Shown here one piece after another: positions 42,390-52,027 of a stretch of DNA of 64,000 bases (position 1 is its first letter; every line of letters starts with the position of its first letter). The translations under genes were made by a program, and so were the position numbers. Source of the stretch: a virus; the IMG/VR virus record IMGVR_UViG_3300037475_000079, positions 1-64,000 of that record. One strand, 5' to 3'. The notes under the pieces are model-generated. The model did not search any database. It worked only from the letters and a program-made list of their open reading frames with translations, and was not told the origin of the DNA.

Positions 42390-42569
42390 ATGCCACGCAA
42401 AAATCAATCCACGTCCGGTGCCAGCAACCTGAAGCAAGCAGGTCGCGTTGGTGTTCTGGTCAGTATGACCGCAGAACAACGGCAGTCGATTCGTGTCGCT
42501 GCCGCCAAAGCCGGAAAATCCATGTCTGCGTGGATGCTGGAAATCGCACTCCGGGAATCCTTATGCTAA
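42390..42569 (+). CDS. ribbon-helix-helix DNA-binding protein (paralogue 3 of 3; 59 aa, below the ORF-track cut-off)
   Basis: MPRKNQSTSGASNLKQAGRVGVLVSMTAEQRQSIRVAAAKAGKSMSAWMLEIALRESLC*. Confidence 0.5.
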   Translation: MPRKNQSTSGASNLKQAGRVGVLVSMTAEQRQSIRVAAAKAGKSMSAWMLEIALRESLC

Positions 42570-43168
42570 AGATTTGCAACCGCTGCTTGCGCCTGTTGCC
42601 TATGTCGAAATACCACTCCGACCCAAATAATGCGGACGGCAGATATCCAACATGCAAAGACTGCAAGAACAAAGGCGTCCTCACGCGAATTGATCCGCCC
42701 CCGACTCGTGTTTGCTATAAATGCGGTATAGAGAAATCAATTCTCAAGTTCGCGCCCACCAAAAAACGTCGTGACGGACGGGATACGATTTGCAATAGCT
42801 GCAAGTCGCCCAGCAAGAGAAAGTGGTCCAAGACATACATCAACGCGAAGGCCCGTACATCAGAAAGAAATATTAGAGTTCGGGTCGAAATCAAAACAAT
42901 GTTGATCGAGCGGCTTGGCGGCAAGTGCCATCATTGCGGAATCGCACCCGGAGCCGAGTGGCCAGTCGCATGTTTTGACTTCCACCACAAAGATCGTGAT
43001 TCCAAGACGATGCTATTTGCCAAAAAGTTGGCGAACAACACGCAGATTGAAGAACTCATTAAAGAAGCAGATGGGTGCATGGTTCTTTGTGCAACCTGCC
43101 ATCGTCGAGAACATGCAATTGCAAGCGCCGAACGAATCGCAAAAAGAGTCAAGGACCATGTCTATTAG
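42563..43168 (+). CDS. HNH endonuclease-like zinc-finger protein
   Basis: Start at MLKICNRC. Multiple CxxC pairs, 'CHHCG', 'FDFHHKD' and 'VLCATCHRREH'. Confidence 0.6.
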   Translation: MLKICNRCLRLLPMSKYHSDPNNADGRYPTCKDCKNKGVLTRIDPPPTRVCYKCGIEKSILKFAPTKKRRDGRDTICNSCKSPSKRKWSKTYINAKARTSERNIRVRVEIKTMLIERLGGKCHHCGIAPGAEWPVACFDFHHKDRDSKTMLFAKKLANNTQIEELIKEADGCMVLCATCHRREHAIASAERIAKRVKDHVY

Positions 43169-43430
43169 AAAAACCTACGGCAACGGCACACGACACGAGG
43201 TCATCAATCGCGCCATCCGCGCCGAGCTAACTGGCGGCAATGAGTGCCTCGAAACGATTCGGGCGCTGAATGAACGCATCGCCAATCTGCGTAACGCTGG
43301 CGAATCAACCGCTTATGCCGAGCAGAGATTGCGGAGTTGGGAGCAAGAGCGAGATAAGATGGCAACACACATCGAGGCCAAGCATCAGGTCGGGGCGAAT
43401 ATGAATCGCAGGGGGAGCGTCGCATCGTGA
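43158..43430 (+). CDS. hypothetical protein (position suggests an excisionase or regulator)
   Basis: Start at MSIRKTYG. 90 aa. Its stop overlaps the integrase GTG. Confidence 0.35.
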   Translation: MSIRKTYGNGTRHEVINRAIRAELTGGNECLETIRALNERIANLRNAGESTAYAEQRLRSWEQERDKMATHIEAKHQVGANMNRRGSVAS

Positions 43431-44341
43431 CCGCTGCCGCCACATGGCCAGAATTCAAAGCAGCCTACCGCGCCGACGTCATGCCCGGCATGGCTCCGTC
43501 AACGGTAGCTAAAGTCGCCAGCCTGTTCCGCAAGTTTGAGAAGTCGGCACGCCCGATTCGACTTGCTGACATATCCAGCCACACGATCTCGACATTCATT
43601 GCCTACCGGCGCCGCAAGGGGATCCGCGACACCACTATCCGCGGAGACCTCGGGCACCTGCAATCGGCATTCTCCTGGATGAAACGACATGGCCTGATTG
43701 CTGAAATACCCCAGATTGACAAACCTAAGCGCGCTAAGGGTCAGAAAGCCATGAAGGGCCGTCCCATCACACAGGAAGAGTTCGATTCAATCCTGGCACA
43801 AACGACCGATCCGGCTTGGGCGTGGCTCCTGCGTGGCCTGTGGGCTTCAGGATTGAGGCTTAGCGAGGCTCTGGCCCTGACGTGGGAACCTGGCTTGTCG
43901 ATGTCGCTCGATTTCACCCGCAAGAGGCCCATGCTGCGGGTTCCCGCCTCATCCGAGAAGGGGAATCAGGAACGCCTCTTACCTATATCTCCAGAGTTCT
44001 CGGAATTGCTGTCGGAAGTGCCGGAAGATAAGCGATCGGGGCGCGTATTTCGAGTACGGTTTCGCAGCCAAGAAACGATTTCGACTGTCATCAGTGGATT
44101 CGGCAAAGCCGCCGGTGTCGAGGTCAACAGGGAACCTGGACGAATCAAATATGCCAGTGCTCACGACTTCCGCCGCTCATTCGGAGAACGCTGGTCTGCC
44201 AAGTTAATGCCGGCAATCCTGATGCAACTCATGCGGCACGAGAAGATCGAGACGACACTTCGATACTATGTGGGACGCAATGCCGATACGGCGGCCGAAG
44301 CGATCTGGAGCGCCCATGAATCTTCGATCTGGAGCGACTAA
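43427..44341 (+). CDS. int: tyrosine recombinase / phage integrase
   Basis: 'GLRLSEALAL' (Arg I), 'AHDFRRSF' (His-x-x-Arg) and 'LMRHEKIETTLRYY' (His..Tyr). Confidence 0.85.
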   Translation: MTAAATWPEFKAAYRADVMPGMAPSTVAKVASLFRKFEKSARPIRLADISSHTISTFIAYRRRKGIRDTTIRGDLGHLQSAFSWMKRHGLIAEIPQIDKPKRAKGQKAMKGRPITQEEFDSILAQTTDPAWAWLLRGLWASGLRLSEALALTWEPGLSMSLDFTRKRPMLRVPASSEKGNQERLLPISPEFSELLSEVPEDKRSGRVFRVRFRSQETISTVISGFGKAAGVEVNREPGRIKYASAHDFRRSFGERWSAKLMPAILMQLMRHEKIETTLRYYVGRNADTAAEAIWSAHESSIWSD

Positions 44342-44356
44342 GACGTGCGCGGCCCC

Positions 44357-44395
44357 AATGTGGCCTGCGCCACACCTGTCCGAGATAATGTGGCC
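44357..44395. other. candidate attP core/arm region
   Basis: AATGTGGCC occurs twice 30 nt apart, with the palindrome TGTGGC-ctgc-GCCACA, directly downstream of int. Confidence 0.3.
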
Positions 44396-44531
44396 GATGC
44401 AGCTCCTGTTTGAGAAATCGTCGCCCGATTCGGATAGACTGGATTTCCGGTGGAACTTGTTCGGCCAGCAAAGGAGCCGTACCGCCTTCCGCTGATTGCT
44501 GGCGCGCACGTCCCGATTTGTGTTTTTGCGC

Positions 44532-46181
44532 TCATTGGACAGTGAAGGTATCCCCGCTGACGGGTGCCGTGGTAAGTGCCGATCCGGTGAGGTCGAACAC
44601 TCCCCCCGATGTGGAATCATTGATAACGGCAGCTTGGCCGCGCAGTGCCGCAGTGGTTGTAGTCTTGTCGAACTTGACAACGAGTCCCTTAAACTGACTA
44701 TTTACGGTTGCCGACGGCGATAGAACACTTGTCACAAGACTCGTCGTCGTGCTCCCGGTGCCGACTGTCCCCGTGGTGATTGACCGCGCCGCCCTGTCGA
44801 GCCCGGCCGCACCTCCCGTGTTGCCAGCGAGTTCTTCAATGTCGGCCTTCATGTTGCCGTTTGGCGATAAGGATGACGGCAGACGACCGGGAATCGTGGT
44901 TCCGGTGTCTGTCTTGACACTGGAGATGTCGGCCGAGACAGAAGCTCCAGCCGGCGCCCCGAGTCGAGCATAGGCGTCCCCCGTTTGCGGCGTGTTTCCA
45001 GTATAACTGCCGATTGATCCCGACAGATTTCCTGTCACGTTGCCCGCGATATTACCGCGGATGTCCACCCCGCCAGTTCCGGCGACGGCTTTGATGCCGT
45101 CACTCGTGCCGCCATTGCCGCCGGTCGAAAAGATGCCGTGCTTGCTTGATCCGACAGGGGCGATGTTAATGCCGTGTCCGCTGACGGTGATAATCCCGAT
45201 TCCGTCGCCGGATGCCGCGCCACCATTTATAAGCATCCCCTGCCCTGTCGAGCCGCCATCAGACTGTATCCCTGGTCCGCTTCCAAATCCAACCGCATGA
45301 ATTCCAAGTGAATTTCCGGCGGCGGCTTCTCCGCGAATACCGGCACCCGATATATTTCCGCCAGTTGCATGGATACCGCGTCCGGTTGCTCCGCCTGTCG
45401 CAGAGATTCCGTCTGATGTCCCTGAACCAAACGCTTCAATCGCGTTTGAATTTCCACCGCCACCTTCAACTCTAAGTCCGGCGCCTGAAGAGCTTCCGCC
45501 GATCGCATATATAGCGCGGCCTGTCGCGCCGGCGGATCCTTTAATAGCACTCCCGCTCCCGTTCCCTGACGCATTGATACCATTTCCATTCGAACCAGAA
45601 GACGAGCAAACGAAACCGTCTCCTCCTGAATTGGTGAATGTCACTCCGCCACTGACAGAGAGTGGACCAGTATTTGATCCATTGATGACGAGTCCGTTTG
45701 CCGCACCGGCCGCGACTGCTGGAACCGCTCCGCCAATGTCTTTAGCAGTCTGGGCCGTTCCCGATCCTGTGGGACCGACCTTAACCATATTTGCATCAGC
45801 CAATCCGGCGGCATCGACAACCAAGGTTCTTCCGGCCGTGGCAGGCTTCAGAGGGGCGCGATTTCGGATTGCGAAATGCCCGACAACTTCACCCACCACT
45901 GAAACGCCACCGACCGTTCCGGCAGTAATCACTACCTGGAAGTCTGTAGCCGTAGCGTAGAATGTTCCATCGGTCGAAGTGTCAATGTTGACGTGGTTAC
46001 AGCCTGTTCGCGCGTCAAAGTCCACAGTCAAAGTTACGCCCGTCGTGCTTTCGGTCGTACTGTTGGACTTGTAGACACTGACCGCCGGAGTTCCAGATAA
46101 TGTCGTTGGCAACCCGGTCGATCCGCGAGACGTGAACTTAAAATTCACGACTGCTGAGAGGTCGAACTCTCCTAACCACAT
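44532..46181 (-). CDS. tail fibre/spike protein with Gly-rich beta-helix-like repeats
   Basis: 549 aa. The central ~250 aa carry 'G.G..G.GI.A.GG' periodic repeats. Confidence 0.6.
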   Translation of the reverse strand: MWLGEFDLSAVVNFKFTSRGSTGLPTTLSGTPAVSVYKSNSTTESTTGVTLTVDFDARTGCNHVNIDTSTDGTFYATATDFQVVITAGTVGGVSVVGEVVGHFAIRNRAPLKPATAGRTLVVDAAGLADANMVKVGPTGSGTAQTAKDIGGAVPAVAAGAANGLVINGSNTGPLSVSGGVTFTNSGGDGFVCSSSGSNGNGINASGNGSGSAIKGSAGATGRAIYAIGGSSSGAGLRVEGGGGNSNAIEAFGSGTSDGISATGGATGRGIHATGGNISGAGIRGEAAAGNSLGIHAVGFGSGPGIQSDGGSTGQGMLINGGAASGDGIGIITVSGHGINIAPVGSSKHGIFSTGGNGGTSDGIKAVAGTGGVDIRGNIAGNVTGNLSGSIGSYTGNTPQTGDAYARLGAPAGASVSADISSVKTDTGTTIPGRLPSSLSPNGNMKADIEELAGNTGGAAGLDRAARSITTGTVGTGSTTTSLVTSVLSPSATVNSQFKGLVVKFDKTTTTAALRGQAAVINDSTSGGVFDLTGSALTTAPVSGDTFTVQ

Positions 46182-46192
46182 AACTTATTCCT

Positions 46193-46552
46193 TCAGTCTT
46201 GAACAGCCAGCGAATCGCCGATGGCCTTGTAGAGCGTAGAAATCGCGGCAAAGCATGCAGACAGGTTGTCCCGATGCTGCTTATTGACAGACTCAAGCTG
46301 GGTAATACGTACCGCGCTTCGCTGTGCGTCTGCGTGAGAGTCCGCCAAATCAGACCGACATTGCTCAAGCTGCTGACGTTCTACATCAGCAGTGGCAATT
46401 CTCGAATTGGCTATCACCAATCCCTGCTCCGCGAGGGCCAGTTTAGCTTTCAGTGCGTCCACCTGAGGATTGAGGACGTCATTCTCCTGCTTCAGTTGAG
46501 CTGTCTGATCAGCCCACCATTGAGCATCTTTACCGAGTGTGTCTGCTGCCAT
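46193..46552 (-). CDS. coiled-coil protein between the fibre genes
   Basis: Start at MAADTLGK with an AGGGAG RBS. Confidence 0.45.
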   Translation of the reverse strand: MAADTLGKDAQWWADQTAQLKQENDVLNPQVDALKAKLALAEQGLVIANSRIATADVERQQLEQCRSDLADSHADAQRSAVRITQLESVNKQHRDNLSACFAAISTLYKAIGDSLAVQD

Positions 46553-46571
46553 AGTCTCCCTTTCTTGATGT

Positions 46572-48341
46572 TTAACCAATCAATCCGCCGCCAATACCCA
46601 CAAGTCCAGCTACTCCAGAACTGCCACCGGCATCCTGATGTTGAGCGGCCCCCACATCAGTGTAATCAGCCGTGGTTGCTAACCCTGGAAATGAGTTGGG
46701 AATTCCTAACGCTCGTAACAGCGCTCCGCCCCCAGAATTGTTATTCAAGCTGAAGTCACTGCCACTCTTGTTGGTGAATGGATCGGCAGTCAATGTGATG
46801 TTGCTGTGCTGGTTGAGCTGATTGTATTGGGTATCCCAATTGACGCCACTATTTCCACCGGCGGCACAATTCCAAAATACAGGATTGTCCACGTTTGAGC
46901 CGGCCGTCCCATAACCCTTCCCGGTCGCAGAAACCCCATTCCCGTAAGAGATGCAATTTACCGCCGTCCCGATGGCACCCGTCGTAACGTAGAACCGGAA
47001 CCCGTCGCGGCCGTTACCGTAGGCCGTGCAGCCGATCATGTTGTGGGTTCCGCTGTCAGCATCCGAGAATCCGTCGCTCGTGGCCCCCGTATTGTTGACA
47101 GATATGCACTGGTGAAAGAAGTGCTCGGCATTGACGGCAGAGCCACTGAAGCCCGTTACGGTGTTAGACCATGCTACACAGAATGACGCAGCGCAGGCCG
47201 CGAATGCCGCTGTCGTGGTGCATCCCGTCGCGTCACAGAAGTAACACTGGATTGTTGAGAACCCGCCGCCACGGCAATTCTTGACGCTACAGTAATATGC
47301 GATCGATTGGGCATTGCTCGACCCACCGATACCGATTGATGACGTATTATTATTACCGTCAACAATAATACATTCCGCGTCCGCGGCCTGTCCCACCGAG
47401 ATCGTTGTCATGCCGGCCGTAGCGGCCTGCTGTTGAATTGTGGGTCGCCCTGAACCCGTCGGGTTGTCGCCCATCAGAGCGTTGTAGCCAATGATCTGCG
47501 TGTGTCCTGTCGCTACTCCGGCAGCCAATGTGCATTTGCCCGCAGCCGTGTTGCTCGTGTTGGACGTTTGACTATAGGCACTCGCATTGAATTTAACGTA
47601 GATGTGATTGCCACCGACGTGGTTCTTACCAGCCTGCCCAGTTGTCAACAGACATCCGCCGAGATTAGCTGTGCCTGACGCTCCAGCTCCAGTCGTACAC
47701 GCTCGGTCTGTCGTAGCCGTCGTGCCCGACGTGCTGATCACCTCGAACAGTCCGGTCGTGAAGTTTGTACCTCCCGTGATGTTGATTAGGTTGCCGACCA
47801 TGTTGGGGCCGACCGGCTTCGCGGCACTCGTGAACGTCGAGCCAGCGCCGGCGCTTGCCAGGTCTGTGAAAGCATAGGGGCAGGTTCCACACTGAGAATA
47901 ATCGACTGACCATTTACCAGACGTCGGGGTGCCCACCGTTGCAATCCCGGCGACAGTATTTGCCCCAATTGGTCCGCCCGTCGTGAACACTACCATCGCC
48001 CCAACAGCCGCATTGAGGGTGGCCTTGCCCGCAGCGACACTGGTAATTTTCGCCCACAGCCCAGTTACCGTGATCGTCTGACCATTGTAGGTCATGCTCG
48101 GCAACGTCCAGCCCGAACCGCCGGTCAGAAATACCCAGTGATTGACGTCTCCCGCCACGAACGTGTAATTGGCCGTACTTATTTCCGGCGTGGTCGTGTT
48201 GCCGGTGTTGGTCGTGGTCGTCAGCGTCGCATCGAAGCTGGCGTTCGCTGGGTTGAACCCGCCACCGTTCGTGTCAACTCCTGCGTTCCCATCGGAACCT
48301 GCTAAGTTGACTTGATGAATCGTCGCTAAGTTTAGGGCCAT
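46572..48341 (-). CDS. tailspike-like right-handed beta-helix protein (possible depolymerase)
   Basis: 589 aa, rich in Gly/Thr/Asn/Cys with repetitive turns. The C-terminal 'DPFTNKSGSDFSLNNNSGGGALLRALGIP' is typical of pectate-lyase-fold proteins. Confidence 0.55.
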   Translation of the reverse strand: MALNLATIHQVNLAGSDGNAGVDTNGGGFNPANASFDATLTTTTNTGNTTTPEISTANYTFVAGDVNHWVFLTGGSGWTLPSMTYNGQTITVTGLWAKITSVAAGKATLNAAVGAMVVFTTGGPIGANTVAGIATVGTPTSGKWSVDYSQCGTCPYAFTDLASAGAGSTFTSAAKPVGPNMVGNLINITGGTNFTTGLFEVISTSGTTATTDRACTTGAGASGTANLGGCLLTTGQAGKNHVGGNHIYVKFNASAYSQTSNTSNTAAGKCTLAAGVATGHTQIIGYNALMGDNPTGSGRPTIQQQAATAGMTTISVGQAADAECIIVDGNNNTSSIGIGGSSNAQSIAYYCSVKNCRGGGFSTIQCYFCDATGCTTTAAFAACAASFCVAWSNTVTGFSGSAVNAEHFFHQCISVNNTGATSDGFSDADSGTHNMIGCTAYGNGRDGFRFYVTTGAIGTAVNCISYGNGVSATGKGYGTAGSNVDNPVFWNCAAGGNSGVNWDTQYNQLNQHSNITLTADPFTNKSGSDFSLNNNSGGGALLRALGIPNSFPGLATTADYTDVGAAQHQDAGGSSGVAGLVGIGGGLIG

Positions 48342-48344
48342 TGA

Positions 48345-50495
48345 TTAATTCATCTTGAGGGTATAGTGGTCAATCCGCTCGTCACCGCTGTTGAGATAGA
48401 AACCCCGCAGAACATACAGATGCACAATCCCGTTCGCATCCGGCGGGGTAGCGCGCACGTCCTGAATATATCCGATCGTGGGGAAGAAATCAGTAGCGTA
48501 AATCAGTGACCAAATTTTTCCAGTTGGCAATCGGTAGGTGCCGTTTTCAACCGCCAGCTCGGCCATGATAACGCCCTTCCCGCCGGGGAAGTTGCCGCGC
48601 CCAATTCCATAAACCTTGCCATTCCACTGGAACACGTTATTCCACCACTGCACCGAATCATATCCGGCCGGGAACGGTGAGGCTGAATCAAGCTCCTCGA
48701 CATCCGCCGCTGCGTTCCACATTTTTCCGTCGGACGAAACATTGCAGCGGTACAGTAATGTCGCATCGTAGGTGTAATGGTACGACACCCATGCGGACGG
48801 GTTATTCGGAAGTTCGCCGGGGGCAAGGACGCAGGCGTACCCGGTATGGCCTACGGCGGATAAATTCCCACTGGCGGGGAATGCCGGATTGACAACCCCG
48901 CGACTTGTCCAGGTAACGAGGTCCGACGAATCGAACATAACCCCCTCTTGCGTAGGGCCGGAAAGTCCCGTTCCATAGGGGCCGCCGCTGGCCGTTTCGA
49001 GATGCACGTAGATCCGCACCTTCTGATTGACCGCATCCCAGCACAGCATGGCCGCTTCAATGTCGATATAATTCCTGTCTGGGAAAGTATCGGCACTACA
49101 ATGGGCCGTACCAATACCGGGGACAGCCATCGTCCACGAAGTCGGTACAATTCCGGGGTCGGACGAGAATCCCAGGTAGACGCCCTTACCATTCGTCGCA
49201 GGATGGTCCGTCGTGTAAATCCAAATGTAGTTGCCGAACGTCGCTGCAAGGCTGGGACTCCAGGCCGCTAGGTTTCGACAACTCATCCAGTACAATCCTG
49301 CCGTCCCGGTCTGCGCCGTCATAACGAGATTCGCCGTCACAAGGGTAAGGGCAGAGAATGGCGCGGGTCCACAGTCGCGCGGCGCGGCGAGTAGCGATGG
49401 GCTGAATGTCAACGGCGTTCCCGCGTTGTGCAAAACTTGGATCTGCGCATCGGTCAGGGCGTCGTGGTAGAACGACGTCTCGTACATCTTCCCCTGCAAC
49501 GGATCAAGGTGTCCGCCGCCCACAAAATATCCCTGCGTCGATGTAACCGACCGGCGCCCGACCGATGACGCCGATTCTACCCGCGTCAACGTGCCGTTAT
49601 CTGCCACAACGACGATGAACAATTTGCCCGTTAGGACATTCCAGCCGGCCGCAACGGAATAGTTGTGACCGGCCTGGGCTACCACGGGACACGTAACGGT
49701 CGATCGAACCCCGGTCCTCGCGGCAACGGAAGAAAGAATAAATTTCTTCGTACCGCCGTCCAGATATAGCTTCCAGCTTAGGTTGACATTACGACCCGCC
49801 AACGTAACGGACGAATTCGGCAACGTATCCCACCCAACCCGCGCGAAGAAAGTCCACGAACCGTTTGCGCCTTGGAATATCGCCCCGTCCACCGTGGCGC
49901 TTAGAGAATGCGCATTCAACATTGGGATAGCCGCGCCATTATTCCCCGGCACGTTCCCGTTATCCTTAAGATTGATCTGCGCCGGGTGAAGTGCGGGTAG
50001 CGGCGACAATGACCCCAATCGTGGGACATTGGCCGTTCCGTCCGAAACCTCGTCCAACGCCCACCATTCCACCAGATCGGTAAGCGGTCCAGTAGGTGGA
50101 GGGGGATTCGGATTTGTCAAAACAACATATCCAGTCTTAACCTTCGCATTACTTCCCCAGGCGTTATTCGCCGTCAACTTCACATCGAACGTACCCGCCG
50201 CCGCATATTCCCTGACGGGGTTCTGTACCGTATCGGTCCCGCCGTCCCCGAAGTCCCAGGCCCACCCCGTAGGGGAGCCAGTCGAAAGATCGTTGAACTG
50301 AACAGAAAATGGAACAATTCCAGAAAGCGGGGCGCCTACGAAATCAGTCACAGGTGGAGGTGGGGAATTGACCGTGATCTGAACCGACGACCCGGCGGGG
50401 ATGTCTACTCCGGGAATCTCATTGATGGACAGAGTTCCCCCCACCGGAATATCCGTAGAGATGGGATCGGTCTTAGTGTAGAGGATAGTCATCAA
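48345..50495 (-). CDS. receptor-binding-type protein: PKD domain + LamG/ConA-like domain + beta-rich C-terminal domain
   Basis: 'PFSVQFNDLSTGSPTGWAWDFGDGGTDTVQNPVREYAAAGTFDVKLTANN' is a PKD signature. 'LVEWWALDEVSDG' resembles a LamG-like start. Confidence 0.6.
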   Translation of the reverse strand: MMTILYTKTDPISTDIPVGGTLSINEIPGVDIPAGSSVQITVNSPPPPVTDFVGAPLSGIVPFSVQFNDLSTGSPTGWAWDFGDGGTDTVQNPVREYAAAGTFDVKLTANNAWGSNAKVKTGYVVLTNPNPPPPTGPLTDLVEWWALDEVSDGTANVPRLGSLSPLPALHPAQINLKDNGNVPGNNGAAIPMLNAHSLSATVDGAIFQGANGSWTFFARVGWDTLPNSSVTLAGRNVNLSWKLYLDGGTKKFILSSVAARTGVRSTVTCPVVAQAGHNYSVAAGWNVLTGKLFIVVVADNGTLTRVESASSVGRRSVTSTQGYFVGGGHLDPLQGKMYETSFYHDALTDAQIQVLHNAGTPLTFSPSLLAAPRDCGPAPFSALTLVTANLVMTAQTGTAGLYWMSCRNLAAWSPSLAATFGNYIWIYTTDHPATNGKGVYLGFSSDPGIVPTSWTMAVPGIGTAHCSADTFPDRNYIDIEAAMLCWDAVNQKVRIYVHLETASGGPYGTGLSGPTQEGVMFDSSDLVTWTSRGVVNPAFPASGNLSAVGHTGYACVLAPGELPNNPSAWVSYHYTYDATLLYRCNVSSDGKMWNAAADVEELDSASPFPAGYDSVQWWNNVFQWNGKVYGIGRGNFPGGKGVIMAELAVENGTYRLPTGKIWSLIYATDFFPTIGYIQDVRATPPDANGIVHLYVLRGFYLNSGDERIDHYTLKMN

Positions 50496-50512
50496 TGTTC
50501 CTTAATGATGTT

Positions 50513-50716
50513 TCACGATTGATGCCGCAGTTCCGGCAGGTGCTGATTAAGCAGTCGCCGATGTTTGTCAGCACATTCTTCTGTGCAGTAATCGAATCTC
50601 TTTCGTTCGGCGTAAAATATCGTCAGTTCGGGATTCGCTCTCTCGACGCATCCGGGAGAACTGCACCATCTGATTCGCGTGTCTTGTCGCAGAAGATCCA
50701 TCGTTCTGCCCTCCAC
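50513..50716 (-). CDS. small zinc-finger protein
   Basis: 'WCSSPGCVE..YCTEECADKH'. Confidence 0.4.
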   Translation of the reverse strand: MEGRTMDLLRQDTRIRWCSSPGCVERANPELTIFYAERKRFDYCTEECADKHRRLLNQHLPELRHQS

Positions 50717-50837
50717 GATTGCTATTCACAAAACTCGCCGCCGTGCAATAAAATGTCCGGGACGCTTCGAATGTCACGTCTCACGGTGTTCGATAAGGAA
50801 CTCATTTCCTAAGCGCCCGGACGCTCCGTCGTGGCTC

Positions 50838-51155
50838 CTACGGTGTCACGTTCGCGTTCAATGCCGCGTCGATCTTTGCCTTATTGGCTTCGGCGCCTGC
50901 AAAGACGGCGTCTACCTTGGCTTGAACTGCCGGCGGCAAAGTGGTGCCCGCCAGTGCGTCGGCGACCTGCTGTTTCAGTCCTGCGATCAAAGTCGAAAGA
51001 CTGTCCAGCTTCGTCGATTCATCCGTAACGTCCTGAAGAACTTCGTCGAGACTCGCCATAATTGTCTTTCCTTGATGCAAAAGTTGATTGAGAAGCCCGA
51101 TGATCTGGGCGTGTTTCCCGTCATCCACAAAACGAACATTCAGGTCGATTGTCAC
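50838..51155 (-). CDS. hypothetical helical protein
   Basis: 105-aa ORF. Confidence 0.45.
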   Translation of the reverse strand: MTIDLNVRFVDDGKHAQIIGLLNQLLHQGKTIMASLDEVLQDVTDESTKLDSLSTLIAGLKQQVADALAGTTLPPAVQAKVDAVFAGAEANKAKIDAALNANVTP

Positions 51156-51195
51156 ATATTCACTCCTTCCGGTCGGTTGTCATGGCCCGGTTGAT

Positions 51196-51618
51196 TTATG
51201 TCGCCCCCATTGCCGCGAGCATCTGTGGGTTTTCTTTTAGATCCAGTTCGAGATAGTGAGAAAACAAAGCAGACGCTATCCCCATCGCCAGCCCAAATGG
51301 CCCCGTGAAAATGAACAGAACCACGGCAGCAATGATCGTCATCCACGACATTTGAAACTGGCTCCCCACATCTCCCATGACCGCCTTCCTGAATTTCTTT
51401 TCCTGTTTCCGCTGCATCCGCGGCTTGCCGCCAATTCCGACTGCGAACTGCGGCCTGAGTCGCCTGTAACTGTCATCAACCATCGCCGCAATGTCGTCAT
51501 GCGTGTACGTCTTGCCTTGGTAGTAAACGGTGTCCGAAGTGTCGAATCCGGCATCCTTCAGTGCTGACTGATATGTCGGGCTACCGATCGCCGTTGCGAG
51601 CATAGCGCTTGGCATCAT
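51196..51618 (-). CDS. membrane protein
   Basis: Start taken at MMPSAM. C-terminal transmembrane segment 'WMTIIAAVVLFIFTGPFGLAMGIASALF'. Confidence 0.45.
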   Translation of the reverse strand: MMPSAMLATAIGSPTYQSALKDAGFDTSDTVYYQGKTYTHDDIAAMVDDSYRRLRPQFAVGIGGKPRMQRKQEKKFRKAVMGDVGSQFQMSWMTIIAAVVLFIFTGPFGLAMGIASALFSHYLELDLKENPQMLAAMGAT

Positions 51619-51710
51619 CAATCCCTCCCATCCTCTTTCCATATCTCCCACGCCGCAAACATAACAACTATCGTCGCCAAGATTGAGACTGCCCATCCGG
51701 CCTCGCTCAT
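51618..51710 (-). CDS. possible 30-aa membrane peptide
   Basis: MSEAGWAVSILATIVVMFAAWEIWKEDGRD*, overlap-coupled at both ends. Confidence 0.3.
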   Translation of the reverse strand: MSEAGWAVSILATIVVMFAAWEIWKEDGRD

Positions 51711-52027
51711 CACGCATCCCCGAACGACAGGTTGACTTTCTCGTGAAACGCAATCAGTCCAAACGGCCCGACAGTACCGGACGCAAATGTCGCTTCCGGG
51801 GTTATGTCAAAACCGCTCACCTTGGCATGCACGCCCGGCTTGAACTCAACAGTCACGACTGAATCGAGCGTTACTGAATACCCCGCATCCGTCTTGGCCA
51901 GCGTCCCCGAAAGCGCCGGTCCATACTGCAACTGCTTGCCGTCGATGAGCACTTTCTTGCGCGTGCTGACCGGCAGCGTGAATGGCACTGGATCGCAGTA
52001 GGACTCAATGAATTCGAAGGCGGTCAC
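51710..52027 (-). CDS. hypothetical protein
   Basis: 105-aa ORF. Confidence 0.45.
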   Translation of the reverse strand: MTAFEFIESYCDPVPFTLPVSTRKKVLIDGKQLQYGPALSGTLAKTDAGYSVTLDSVVTVEFKPGVHAKVSGFDITPEATFASGTVGPFGLIAFHEKVNLSFGDA

